DNA of 14,969 bases from NCBI GenBank assembly GCA_048884965.1, contig JBHLQH010000010.1, positions 1 to 14,969 of the forward strand. Reading direction: 5' to 3'. Positions 7,293 through 14,969 of the stretch are shown here, one piece after another. The position numbers and the translations under genes were made by a program. The first letter of the stretch is position 1; the number at the start of each line of letters is the position of its first letter. The notes beneath the pieces are model-generated. The model did not search any database. It was not told the DNA's origin and worked only from the letters and a program-made list of their open reading frames with translations. Source of the DNA: Candidatus Thorarchaeota archaeon. GTDB taxonomy: Archaea > Asgardarchaeota > Thorarchaeia > Thorarchaeales > Thorarchaeaceae.

Positions 7293-8216
7293 TCACTCCT
7301 CAGGAATTCCGCCAGTGAGCATGAGAAAAACTTCTTCCAGGTTCGAAGCCCCAGGATTCGCTTTCTTCAAATCTTGCAACGTTCCTTTGCCTACAATCTT
7401 GCCATGATTCATAATCACAAAACGATCACAAAGTCCTTCCGCAACTTCAAGAATATGTGTGGACACAAGGATTGCAGAGCCTTCTGTCTTGAGTTCGCGA
7501 AGCAATGATTTGAGAGACCATGCTCCTCTAGGATCAAGGCCATAGATAGGTTCATCCAAAGCAAGTATGAAAGGTGGCTCCCTTACGAATATTCCAGCTA
7601 ACAATGTTCTCTGAAGATTTCCTTTTGAAAGAGTGCCAATATACGAATTGAGAAACTCATCAAGTTGAAAACGAGAGATGAATTCTCTCATCCTAAGAAG
7701 CCCATCAATTCTGGGGACATTATATATTCGCGCTATGAATGTAAGGTATTCTATCACACGCAAACTTGGATAGCACGTTGGCCTCTCAGGTATGTAGCCA
7801 ATCCGTTTCTTGGCCTCAAGAGGTTCTCTAAGTATATCGAAACCGTTTACGATAACACTTCCCTGAGTTGGTTTTATTATACCAGTGAGGACTCGAAGCG
7901 TGGTGGTTTTTCCTGCACCATTGGGACCTACGAGCCCGACAATTTCGCCTGCATTTACTTCAAGATCCAGATTGCTAACAGCCACCTTTCTACCGAACTC
8001 CTTTCTCATTCCAGAAATCTTTATCGGGTTTTCAGCAAGGTGGACAGATTTCTTCCCTTTGCCAAGACCATGATGAAATTTCAGTGCCTCATGCAAATCT
8101 GTTTCAATCAACTTCCTGTTGATGTGACGCTGTGTCAAGGGAACTCCTAAAGCTTGAGCTAGTCGAATGAGCTCAGGTCCTGTCATTTGCTGTATTATTT
8201 CGAATGCATCACTCAT
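7293..8216 (-). CDS. ABC transporter ATP-binding protein (CcmA/DrrA-like exporter type) with N-terminal extension
   Basis: Walker A GPNGAGKTT, Q-loop region GYIPE, signature LSKG, Walker B ILALDEP, H-loop STH, C-terminal LEEVFL; SD GGAGGT at 8225-8230. Confidence 0.93.
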   Translation of the reverse strand: MSDAFEIIQQMTGPELIRLAQALGVPLTQRHINRKLIETDLHEALKFHHGLGKGKKSVHLAENPIKISGMRKEFGRKVAVSNLDLEVNAGEIVGLVGPNGAGKTTTLRVLTGIIKPTQGSVIVNGFDILREPLEAKKRIGYIPERPTCYPSLRVIEYLTFIARIYNVPRIDGLLRMREFISRFQLDEFLNSYIGTLSKGNLQRTLLAGIFVREPPFILALDEPIYGLDPRGAWSLKSLLRELKTEGSAILVSTHILEVAEGLCDRFVIMNHGKIVGKGTLQDLKKANPGASNLEEVFLMLTGGIPEE

Positions 8217-8249
8217 TATCGGAAACCTCCTTATGGAGCATATAGAACA

Positions 8250-9434
8250 TTATTCCGTTTTCCCCCTTTGATTTGTATCGTCATTGTCAATCAATGCGGA
8301 CTTCTCCCCAGACATATCCTTTCGTCTACCACGGTGACTGAAAAAGGAACGGATGAGATAGCTTAGTGGAATTTTAATTAGCTGGGATGTTTTATCCTTA
8401 TGTGTCCCATCTTTCTCAAGCTCCTTTACCCTCTCGGCTTTCTGTATAATGAATAAGGAACCTAGCTGAACCAAGGGAATGGGAACAGCCAACACAGATG
8501 AAATCTGAAGAATGACCGAAAAAATGCTTAGAATTGATATGAAAAGTGAGGGTACAAATGACAAGAGTACCACGAATATCATATACTTCTTTGGGATTTT
8601 TTCATAGAAATATAGAGCAACTCCTGCAAGAAAGATGAAATTCCAAATGGATATCATGATCATTAAATCAAGAAATTGAGAGCCTCCAATCAGGAATTTG
8701 AATGCCCAATCCAAGTATGATGAGCCAAGTTGAAAGTCTGTTTCTAGTAAATAGAAAGTTGACTGAATGCTGGTCCTCAATGCAGTATTGTCAAGAACTA
8801 AAGTGGTGATATCAAATACCACTAAAGAGGGAATTGTGAATATTATGAATAGAATCCATCCACCAACTGTACAAGGCATTTTAGATGTAATCCGAGAACG
8901 AAATTGAGACGAGCTGATTCTATTAAACGATGTAGGAATCGCCATTTTTCCATGCAGTATAGGAATAACAACGTGAATGAATAGGATTAACATACACAAA
9001 ATGGGAAGAAAGTCGAAATTGGGTGTTGGTGTGGAGCTAACATCCTCAAGATATTGCGAGAAGAATGCAGTGTTGTCAAGTATTATGGCAACAATGAGAG
9101 TAAGGATGATTGTGATCCCTCCCAGAACCTCAACACTCTCACCTTCAAAGCGAGATGCGTTCCTATATGTGAAATATGCACTTGGGATGATAAGCAGAAT
9201 GAGATTGATGACGCTGATAATTGAAAATGATGCACGAAGAAGATATGGAGCTATATAGGGATTGAAAGAATAGAAGATACTCCTGATGTGAAACTCATCT
9301 GAAAAACGAGTGGCAAATATATCGATGTTATATGGGATCAGTAGGATGAAAGATGTAGTGAGAATAAAGCGAAACCAATGATTCTCTAAAAGTCGCTTTT
9401 TCACCCTGTTGCACCACGTGTGGAACCACAACAA
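8250..9434 (-). CDS. Hypothetical polytopic membrane protein (about 8 TM)
   Basis: 394-aa ORF with many hydrophobic segments and a charged C-terminal tail; fills the gap between sfsA and the ABC ATPase. Start uncertain (TTG 9434 or GTG 9404). Confidence 0.75.
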   Translation of the reverse strand: MLWFHTWCNRVKKRLLENHWFRFILTTSFILLIPYNIDIFATRFSDEFHIRSIFYSFNPYIAPYLLRASFSIISVINLILLIIPSAYFTYRNASRFEGESVEVLGGITIILTLIVAIILDNTAFFSQYLEDVSSTPTPNFDFLPILCMLILFIHVVIPILHGKMAIPTSFNRISSSQFRSRITSKMPCTVGGWILFIIFTIPSLVVFDITTLVLDNTALRTSIQSTFYLLETDFQLGSSYLDWAFKFLIGGSQFLDLMIMISIWNFIFLAGVALYFYEKIPKKYMIFVVLLSFVPSLFISILSIFSVILQISSVLAVPIPLVQLGSLFIIQKAERVKELEKDGTHKDKTSQLIKIPLSYLIRSFFSHRGRRKDMSGEKSALIDNDDTNQRGKTE

Positions 9435-9481
9435 TACACCAAAAAAGGTTGCTGCATAACGCTACGAAAGGTCAAGCGATA

Positions 9482-10189
9482 TCAAGATGGAGAATTCAAA
9501 TCGACAGGTATGTGTCCAATAAGCTCCAAGTTCCAATCGACCACCCTACAAGAAAGAGCATAAATCTCAACACCAGCGATATGGCTTTCTCTCAATGCAT
9601 TTCCGAAATCAGGATCGGTATCATCATTGGGAGAGAATACTTCTGCATCCGGGCGTTGAATAACAAAGATGACAGCGGCTCGTTCAGCTAGATCTTCCTT
9701 TTTGGCTCTTGCTAGTTCTCGTAGATGACGTGCTCCGCGACTTGTAGGTGCATCTGGAAATCGAGCATGACCATTTTCTACGAGCGTACAGGATTTTACC
9801 TCTAGATATGCTACGCTTGTATCACTTTCAATCCTGAAATCTAGCCTTCCGTCAAATAAACAAGGTTCAGGAAAAATCCGATCATAGGCATTGAACTGCT
9901 CAAATACCTTTGAATGAAGCAGTTCTTTCACAAAGCGATTGGGTAGAAAGGAGTCGATTGATATTAGAACACCTTCATGATCCATTCCAATCATGTCATA
10001 GGCGGTCTTTCTCTTTGAATGAGAAGCTTCTCGGATATAGACTTCTTTCCCAGGAATCATAAGCTCATACATACGACCCGGATTTGGAATGAAAACTTCA
10101 GTAGTTTCCCCATATAGCTTGACTCGGCCGAGAAAACGATTTGGTCTATCAATGAGCTCGCATTTGTGGATTTTCAATGATTGTGACAC
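9482..10189 (-). CDS. sfsA: SfsA family DNA/RNA nuclease (sugar fermentation stimulation protein homologue)
   Basis: RPNRF, IPNPGRMYEL, RKTAYD, RLDF, YLEVKSCTL, FPDAPTSRGARHLREL, FSPNDDTDPDF; GTG start preceded by GAGGT. Confidence 0.95.
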   Translation of the reverse strand: MSQSLKIHKCELIDRPNRFLGRVKLYGETTEVFIPNPGRMYELMIPGKEVYIREASHSKRKTAYDMIGMDHEGVLISIDSFLPNRFVKELLHSKVFEQFNAYDRIFPEPCLFDGRLDFRIESDTSVAYLEVKSCTLVENGHARFPDAPTSRGARHLRELARAKKEDLAERAAVIFVIQRPDAEVFSPNDDTDPDFGNALRESHIAGVEIYALSCRVVDWNLELIGHIPVDLNSPS

Positions 10190-10291
10190 GAGAAGACCTC
10201 ATACATCGATTTGGATATCCAAGCTAAGTTAAAAATGCCATATTGCAATTATTATCTTTGGCAAAGGGACTTGAACCGTAGATGATGCTAG

Positions 10292-12841
10292 ATGACAATA
10301 GAGATACTGCTGGTCGATGATGACGAGGATACTCTCAGAATTGCCTCGAGATTTCTGGAGAAAGAAGACCCCACATTTGAAATCACAGCAGCAGTTTCCG
10401 CTGAATTCGCACTAGAACTTCTAGAAAGAACTTCATTCGATGTCATTGTAAGTGACTATGAAATGCCCAATGGATTGAATGGACTTGAGTTTCTAGAACA
10501 AGTACGTCAGGAAAGATCGGAAATTCCTTTCATCATTTTCACTGGAAGGGGACGAGAAGAAGTGGCAATTAAGGCACTCAATCTTGGAGCAGATCTTTAC
10601 CTGACCAAAGGCGGCGACCCGAAAAATCTCTATACAGAATTGGCGCATAACATAAGAAATGTGGTAGCACATGGAAGAGCGCGGAGTGCATTAGTGGAGA
10701 GTGATTCTCGATTCAGAGCAGCTTTTGAAGATGCAGCTATTGGAATGGCTATTGTTTCAATTGATCAACAGATTCTGCAGGTGAATGAAAAGCTCACCGA
10801 GATGCTTGGATTCGATGCAGAACAGCTTGAGGGTCGGAATCTTGAGGAAATCGCTCACCCAGATGAAATAGGTCAGGCACCATTGAAAGCATTGAGGATA
10901 CTTGACGATGATTCTACAATCCTATCTGGAGAGAGAAGATTTCTGCATCAAGATGGAAAGTGGGTCTGGACCCGTACTACGTCATCTCTAATCAGAGATT
11001 CAAAGGGAAAACCGCTTTACTTTGTAAGTCAATTTCAGGACATAACTGAAACTAAACAGGCCATCGAAGCTTTACGTGATAGCGAAGAGCGATTTAGAGG
11101 AGCCTTTGAGGATGCTGCAATTGGGATGGCTTTAGTTTCCTTCGAGGGTGAAAAGATACATTGCAATAGAGCCCTTACTCAAATGCTTGGTTATACTAAC
11201 GAGGAATTTATGATTCGCAGTTTCAATGAAATAACACATCCTGACGATATTGATAAAACACCTAGAATCGTAGACGGAAAGTTCGAGAATGGTAGATCTA
11301 CAATTCAATTAGAAAAGAGGTACATCCACAAAAGCGGACATATTGTTTACACCTTCATCAACTCATCAATAATCTATGACAGGGAGAACAATCCCATACA
11401 CTATGTAACGCAGTTTCAGGATGTGACAGAACAGAAACTCGCATCAGATGCATTAGCAGTATCGGAGGCAAATTATAGAACTTTACTCGAACGGAGTCTC
11501 CAAAATTATGCAGTAATTCAAGATGAAAGATATGTGTATGTGAACGAGGCATTTGCCAGAACTTTGGGAATATCAAGAGCAGAAGCACTCAAACTTGATC
11601 CCAATCAGATTTGGAACCTTGTTCACGTTGATGATATGGAGATGTTAAAGCAAAGAAACAAGGAATTACAGAATGGAGCTGAAGAGGTCCCAAAGCACGA
11701 ATTCCGATATATCCGACCAGATGGTGAAATCAGATGGGTAGAAGGATTGGTACGGAAGTTTGAGTATGATGGCAAACCTGCAACTCAAATTGTCGAGATT
11801 GATATTACAGAACGCAAGGAGTATGACGAAGCCCTGCAAGATAGTCTTGAATTTCTTGATACCCTACTAAACACAATTGTCAATCCAGTTTTCTTCAAAG
11901 ATCGACAAGGTATCTACCGGAGATGCAATCCTGCATTTGCTACCAATATTGCAGGAGTCCCTATCGAAGAGGTGATTGGCAAGAAGACAGAATTCATATT
12001 GAATCGGATACGTAATTTATCCGAGGAGGATCTAGATGAACTAGATAGAACACTCCTTTTATCTCAGGATGACCAATCTTTTGAAATCCAAATTGAAGAC
12101 CCTGAAGGTCTAGCAAGGGATTACCTTGTAAATCGCAGTGTGTACAAAGATAGAGAAGGCAACTCTATTGGAATAGTTGGAATTCTGCAGGATATTACGA
12201 CAATACGAAGATTGCAGATGGATCTATCGCATCAAAAGGAGGAACTTTCGGAATTTGCGCAAGTCATGAGTCATGATTTGTTGGGACTGCTTCATAATGC
12301 CATACTCTACGCAGAGCTACTTGAAGAGGAATTTGATCCAGCTAACTTGTCAAGCATCAAAGACATGATTTCCGCCGCACAAGATATCTTAAGAAGGTCG
12401 CTTCGTCTTGCAGAAGCTGGTTTGGTGATAGGGGAACTTGAGGAAGTTGATTTGAACAAGCTAGTTGATGAGATTGCTGGTCGAGAAGTGATGGAGTATG
12501 CGGAGTTCGAACGGGATAACCTTCCATCGATTAGGTGTGACAGATTGAAGATGACACAGATAATTACCAATCTCCTAAGAAATGCGATAGAGCATGGGGA
12601 TCCAAGTAAAATCTGGATCAAGATATCATCAGAGAAGACACTCCACAACCTCTTCATCATCAATAATGGAAGACCTATACCTGATGAAGTATGCAAGAGT
12701 ATTTTGGAAAAATCCTCATCCACTAAAAAACATGGAGGGCTTGGTCTTATGATTGTGAAGAAGCTCGTTGAAGCTCATGGATGGAAGATAGCATTAGATG
12801 ATGCTCAACACCCCTCATTTAAGATAACGATTCCCCACTAG
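10292..12841 (+). CDS. Hybrid sensor histidine kinase: REC + 4 PAS/PAC + HisKA + HATPase
   Basis: REC: LLVDDD, VSDYEMP, FTGRGREEVAI, YLTKG. Four PAS/PAC units end in QDITE, QDVTE, DITERK and QDITT. H-box MSHDL, N-box NLLRNAIEHG, G2 GGLGL. No TM segments. Confidence 0.93.
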   Translation: MTIEILLVDDDEDTLRIASRFLEKEDPTFEITAAVSAEFALELLERTSFDVIVSDYEMPNGLNGLEFLEQVRQERSEIPFIIFTGRGREEVAIKALNLGADLYLTKGGDPKNLYTELAHNIRNVVAHGRARSALVESDSRFRAAFEDAAIGMAIVSIDQQILQVNEKLTEMLGFDAEQLEGRNLEEIAHPDEIGQAPLKALRILDDDSTILSGERRFLHQDGKWVWTRTTSSLIRDSKGKPLYFVSQFQDITETKQAIEALRDSEERFRGAFEDAAIGMALVSFEGEKIHCNRALTQMLGYTNEEFMIRSFNEITHPDDIDKTPRIVDGKFENGRSTIQLEKRYIHKSGHIVYTFINSSIIYDRENNPIHYVTQFQDVTEQKLASDALAVSEANYRTLLERSLQNYAVIQDERYVYVNEAFARTLGISRAEALKLDPNQIWNLVHVDDMEMLKQRNKELQNGAEEVPKHEFRYIRPDGEIRWVEGLVRKFEYDGKPATQIVEIDITERKEYDEALQDSLEFLDTLLNTIVNPVFFKDRQGIYRRCNPAFATNIAGVPIEEVIGKKTEFILNRIRNLSEEDLDELDRTLLLSQDDQSFEIQIEDPEGLARDYLVNRSVYKDREGNSIGIVGILQDITTIRRLQMDLSHQKEELSEFAQVMSHDLLGLLHNAILYAELLEEEFDPANLSSIKDMISAAQDILRRSLRLAEAGLVIGELEEVDLNKLVDEIAGREVMEYAEFERDNLPSIRCDRLKMTQIITNLLRNAIEHGDPSKIWIKISSEKTLHNLFIINNGRPIPDEVCKSILEKSSSTKKHGGLGLMIVKKLVEAHGWKIALDDAQHPSFKITIPH
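10697..11458 (+). repeat. Tandem duplicated PAS/PAC units (2 x 381 nt) within the hybrid kinase
   Basis: Units at 10697 and 11078 are both 127 aa and align without gaps (RFRxAFEDAAIGMAxVS...HPD...QFQDxTE), about 40% aa identity by manual count. Confidence 0.8.
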
Positions 12842-12911
12842 ATTTCAGGGGATAATCTCTTTTAGGAAACTAGCATGTTGAACTAAGCAACACATTCAGA
12901 GGAAACGTATC

Positions 12912-13148
12912 GTGAGCAAGATTATTGACCAAGAAGAACTCAGTGAATTCATGCATTCACTTTCACATGACATCAAGAATATCCTGCATAATATCCAAGG
13001 GTATGTGAATCTATTAGAGCAAGAAGACGATCCCGAATATCTTGCGGGTGTTGTGAGACTTATTCAGAAAGCAAAGCAAACCTTGGAGGACTATGTATCC
13101 CTGGCAGATAACGGAAATCTCACAAAACGACCCAGTCAGCAGAAGTAA
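12912..13148 (+). CDS. Stand-alone histidine kinase dimerisation/phosphoacceptor (DHp/HisKA) domain protein
   Basis: 78 aa; EELSEFMHSLSHDIKNILHNIQGYVNLLE is an H-box helix. Gapless similarity to the DHp of the upstream kinase; GAGGA upstream of the GTG start. Confidence 0.85.
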   Translation: MSKIIDQEELSEFMHSLSHDIKNILHNIQGYVNLLEQEDDPEYLAGVVRLIQKAKQTLEDYVSLADNGNLTKRPSQQK

Positions 13149-14239
13149 TCAGTGATTGTTGCTTGGGCCACTGATTCCTCTAATCCTGATACTTTGACTC
13201 CTAGAAGGCGAATGTACAGATTCTTATCACGTGATTGACTAAAGATTCCAAGAGCCATCTTTTCTAGAAGTCTACCATCGTCAGTTGATACCGGGATACT
13301 CCTACTTCTCTGAATAGTTGTGTAATTACCATATCGTACCTTAACAGTGACAGTTCGGTACTGAAGACTTTTAGATTGAAGCCTTTCTATGATTCGTGTG
13401 CAGATGCTGCTAATGCATTCGTGGAGGTATCCTACTGCATCAGGTTCAACATCCTCCATAAATGTTCTATCCTTGCTGATAGATTTTCTAATTCGTGGGC
13501 CATTATCAATGAGCGGTCGATCATCAATCCCATTTGCCCTTCTATGTAGCCAGCTAGACCCTCTACCCATGATAGGCCATAGCTCTGTTACTGACATCCC
13601 TTGGATTTGACCGAGATTTTCAATTCCATGTCTTGCGAGATGTTCAGCCGTCTTGGATCCTACACCATTCAATGCTTGAACATTCATCGGTGCTAGAAAA
13701 GAGATAACATCCTCTGGTGCAGGTCCTACCATCGTGATTCCCAGAGGTTTCTTAGTGCCCGTAGCTACTTTCGCTACTGAAATATTGGGGGCGATTCCGA
13801 TTGAACAAGGTAGAGAGGTCTCTTGCTTGATAGCAAGTTGAATCTCTTTCGCCATTTCTATAGGTGACGGATACAATTGCACACCTTCAGTGACCTCAAT
13901 ATACGCCTCATCGATACTAGCACGACGAACCCTATGACCATCAGCGTAGCGTGAGAGCACTTCCATGATTTCTTCGCTTGCTTCTGAGTAGTTGGAAAAC
14001 TCCCCAGACACAAACACAGCATCGGGACACAATCGATAAGCCTTTGATACTGGCATACCCGAACGAATGCCGTACGCACGAGCCTCATACGACGCAGCTC
14101 GAACAACTCCTCTCCCATGCCCTTTCTTCGGATCATGGCCTACACATACAGGTCTTCCAATAAGTTCTGGGTATGTCCTATATTGTTCTACAGAGGCAAA
14201 AAACGCATCCATATCAATATGCATGATCCAACGCTGCAT
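13136..14239 (-). CDS. dinB: DNA polymerase IV (Y-family, DinB/Dpo4/Dbh)
   Basis: HIDMDAFFASVE, GVVRAASYEARAYGIRSGMP, SIDEAY, SIGIAPN..VAKVA, GVGSKT, RKSISKDRTF, IRLLGVKVS and C-terminal QATITDYF. ATG 14239 is preferred over GTG 14251. Confidence 0.96.
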   Translation of the reverse strand: MQRWIMHIDMDAFFASVEQYRTYPELIGRPVCVGHDPKKGHGRGVVRAASYEARAYGIRSGMPVSKAYRLCPDAVFVSGEFSNYSEASEEIMEVLSRYADGHRVRRASIDEAYIEVTEGVQLYPSPIEMAKEIQLAIKQETSLPCSIGIAPNISVAKVATGTKKPLGITMVGPAPEDVISFLAPMNVQALNGVGSKTAEHLARHGIENLGQIQGMSVTELWPIMGRGSSWLHRRANGIDDRPLIDNGPRIRKSISKDRTFMEDVEPDAVGYLHECISSICTRIIERLQSKSLQYRTVTVKVRYGNYTTIQRSRSIPVSTDDGRLLEKMALGIFSQSRDKNLYIRLLGVKVSGLEESVAQATITDYFC

Positions 14240-14351
14240 GGCGGGTACCACAGATAATATCAGCGGTAATTCCTGCTTGGTTCTTTCTCATAACAATAGT
14301 ATCTTTGAATGAACATTGATGATGGGCAGAGATGTCCGAATCTAATACTTT

Positions 14352-14969
14352 CTAGTTGACTTGATATGTCCTAAAAAACGCGTCTAAATCTACATTTCCG
14401 CCGCTTATGATGACACCCATCTTCTTACCTTGAAACTCAGGAGCTATTCTAATGAGAGCACCGAGGGATACAGCTCCACTTGGTTCAACTACGAGCTTCA
14501 TACGCTCCCATAGCAATCTCATCGCATTCAGAATCTCACTTTCACTAATGGTTACGATGCGAGTCACATGTTCTCTAATGATCTTGAAAGTAATCTCACC
14601 CAAGTTGGTTCGAAGCCCATCTGCGATAGTATTAGGATTCACACTTGGATGGATGACACCATCCCGAAGTGAACGATAGGCGTCGTCCGCGTTCTCTGGT
14701 TCTCCAGCAACGACTTGAGTTTCACTAGAAAGTCCCTTCACCGCAATGGATGTTCCACTTAAGAGACCTCCACCACCTACAGGCGCAACTACAGCATCAA
14801 ATGGACCAAATTCATTCATTAGCTCCAAAGCGGCAGTTCCCGCTCCAGCGATGATTCTTTCATCATTATATGGATGAATCAAGGTGTATCCCATCTCATC
14901 GACCAATTTATTGGCAGTCTCAACCCTGCTGGTAACATTGTTCTCGCAGAATACGATGTCGCCCCCATA
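14352..14969 (-). CDS. PLP-dependent threonine/serine dehydratase or serine racemase family enzyme (5'-truncated by window edge)
   Basis: IHPYND, AGAGTAALE, PVGGGGLLSG, TIADGL, VVEPSGA, ISGGNVD. The frame stays open to the window end (YGGDIVFCENNVTSRVETANKLVDEMG). No C-terminal ACT domain. Confidence 0.92.
   Translation of the reverse strand, partial: YGGDIVFCENNVTSRVETANKLVDEMGYTLIHPYNDERIIAGAGTAALELMNEFGPFDAVVAPVGGGGLLSGTSIAVKGLSSETQVVAGEPENADDAYRSLRDGVIHPSVNPNTIADGLRTNLGEITFKIIREHVTRIVTISESEILNAMRLLWERMKLVVEPSGAVSLGALIRIAPEFQGKKMGVIISGGNVDLDAFFRTYQVN

Noticed and set aside
7665-8150. 161-aa plus-strand ORF
   Set aside because: Lies wholly antisense to the well-supported ABC ATPase; no recognisable motif.
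9449-9691. 80-aa plus-strand ORF and the remaining 60-93 aa ORFs in the track
   Set aside because: They overlap confident genes in antisense or alternate frames and have no motifs.
10190-10291. Divergent TATA boxes between sfsA and the hybrid kinase
   Set aside because: AT-rich candidates exist (aagttaaaaa, aattattatc) but none is clear enough to call.
12307-12723. 138-aa minus-strand ORF
   Set aside because: Ser-rich antisense shadow of the kinase DHp/HATPase region.
13091-13141. Possible selenocysteine read-through at the DinB Cys-TGA end
   Set aside because: The PIP box is normally terminal, read-through adds only a short meaningless peptide, and no SECIS-like element was identified.
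1-14969. CRISPR arrays, tRNA/rRNA, IS elements, integrases or defence systems
   Set aside because: No spaced direct repeats, transposase or integrase motifs were seen, and the intergenic gaps (maximum 226 nt) show no recognisable RNA gene.

Overview
Gene-dense archaeal-looking window with 14 CDS and no recognisable rRNA, tRNA, CRISPR array or mobile element. The GGAGTGA/GGTGA-type SD sites, a TATA-like box, a PCNA-interacting box on DinB, an LLM oxidoreductase that is probably F420-dependent and a 'GRGREEVAI..LN.GAD.Y..KGGDP' receiver domain point to Archaea; an Asgard/Thorarchaeia-like origin is only my inference. Gene order: Met-rich membrane protein and DsrE-family protein (+); LLM oxidoreductase and PAS histidine kinase (-); SmtB-like repressor and Zn/Cd/Pb P1B-ATPase (+); ABC exporter permease and ATPase, membrane protein and sfsA (-); REC-4xPAS hybrid kinase and a 78-aa protein (+); dinB and a partial Ser/Thr dehydratase (-). 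The most unusual signals are in the signalling genes. One is a histidine kinase with a C-terminal CxxC thioredoxin-like domain. The other is a stand-alone DHp (HisKA-only) microprotein that is a gapless paralogue of the DHp of the adjacent, motif-degenerate hybrid kinase. Also notable are an SmtB-type operator next to the TATA box, an altered alpha5 metal site in the repressor, and an ABC ATPase with an N-terminal HeH/Rho_N-like extension. All alignments and counts were done by eye; no database searches were run.
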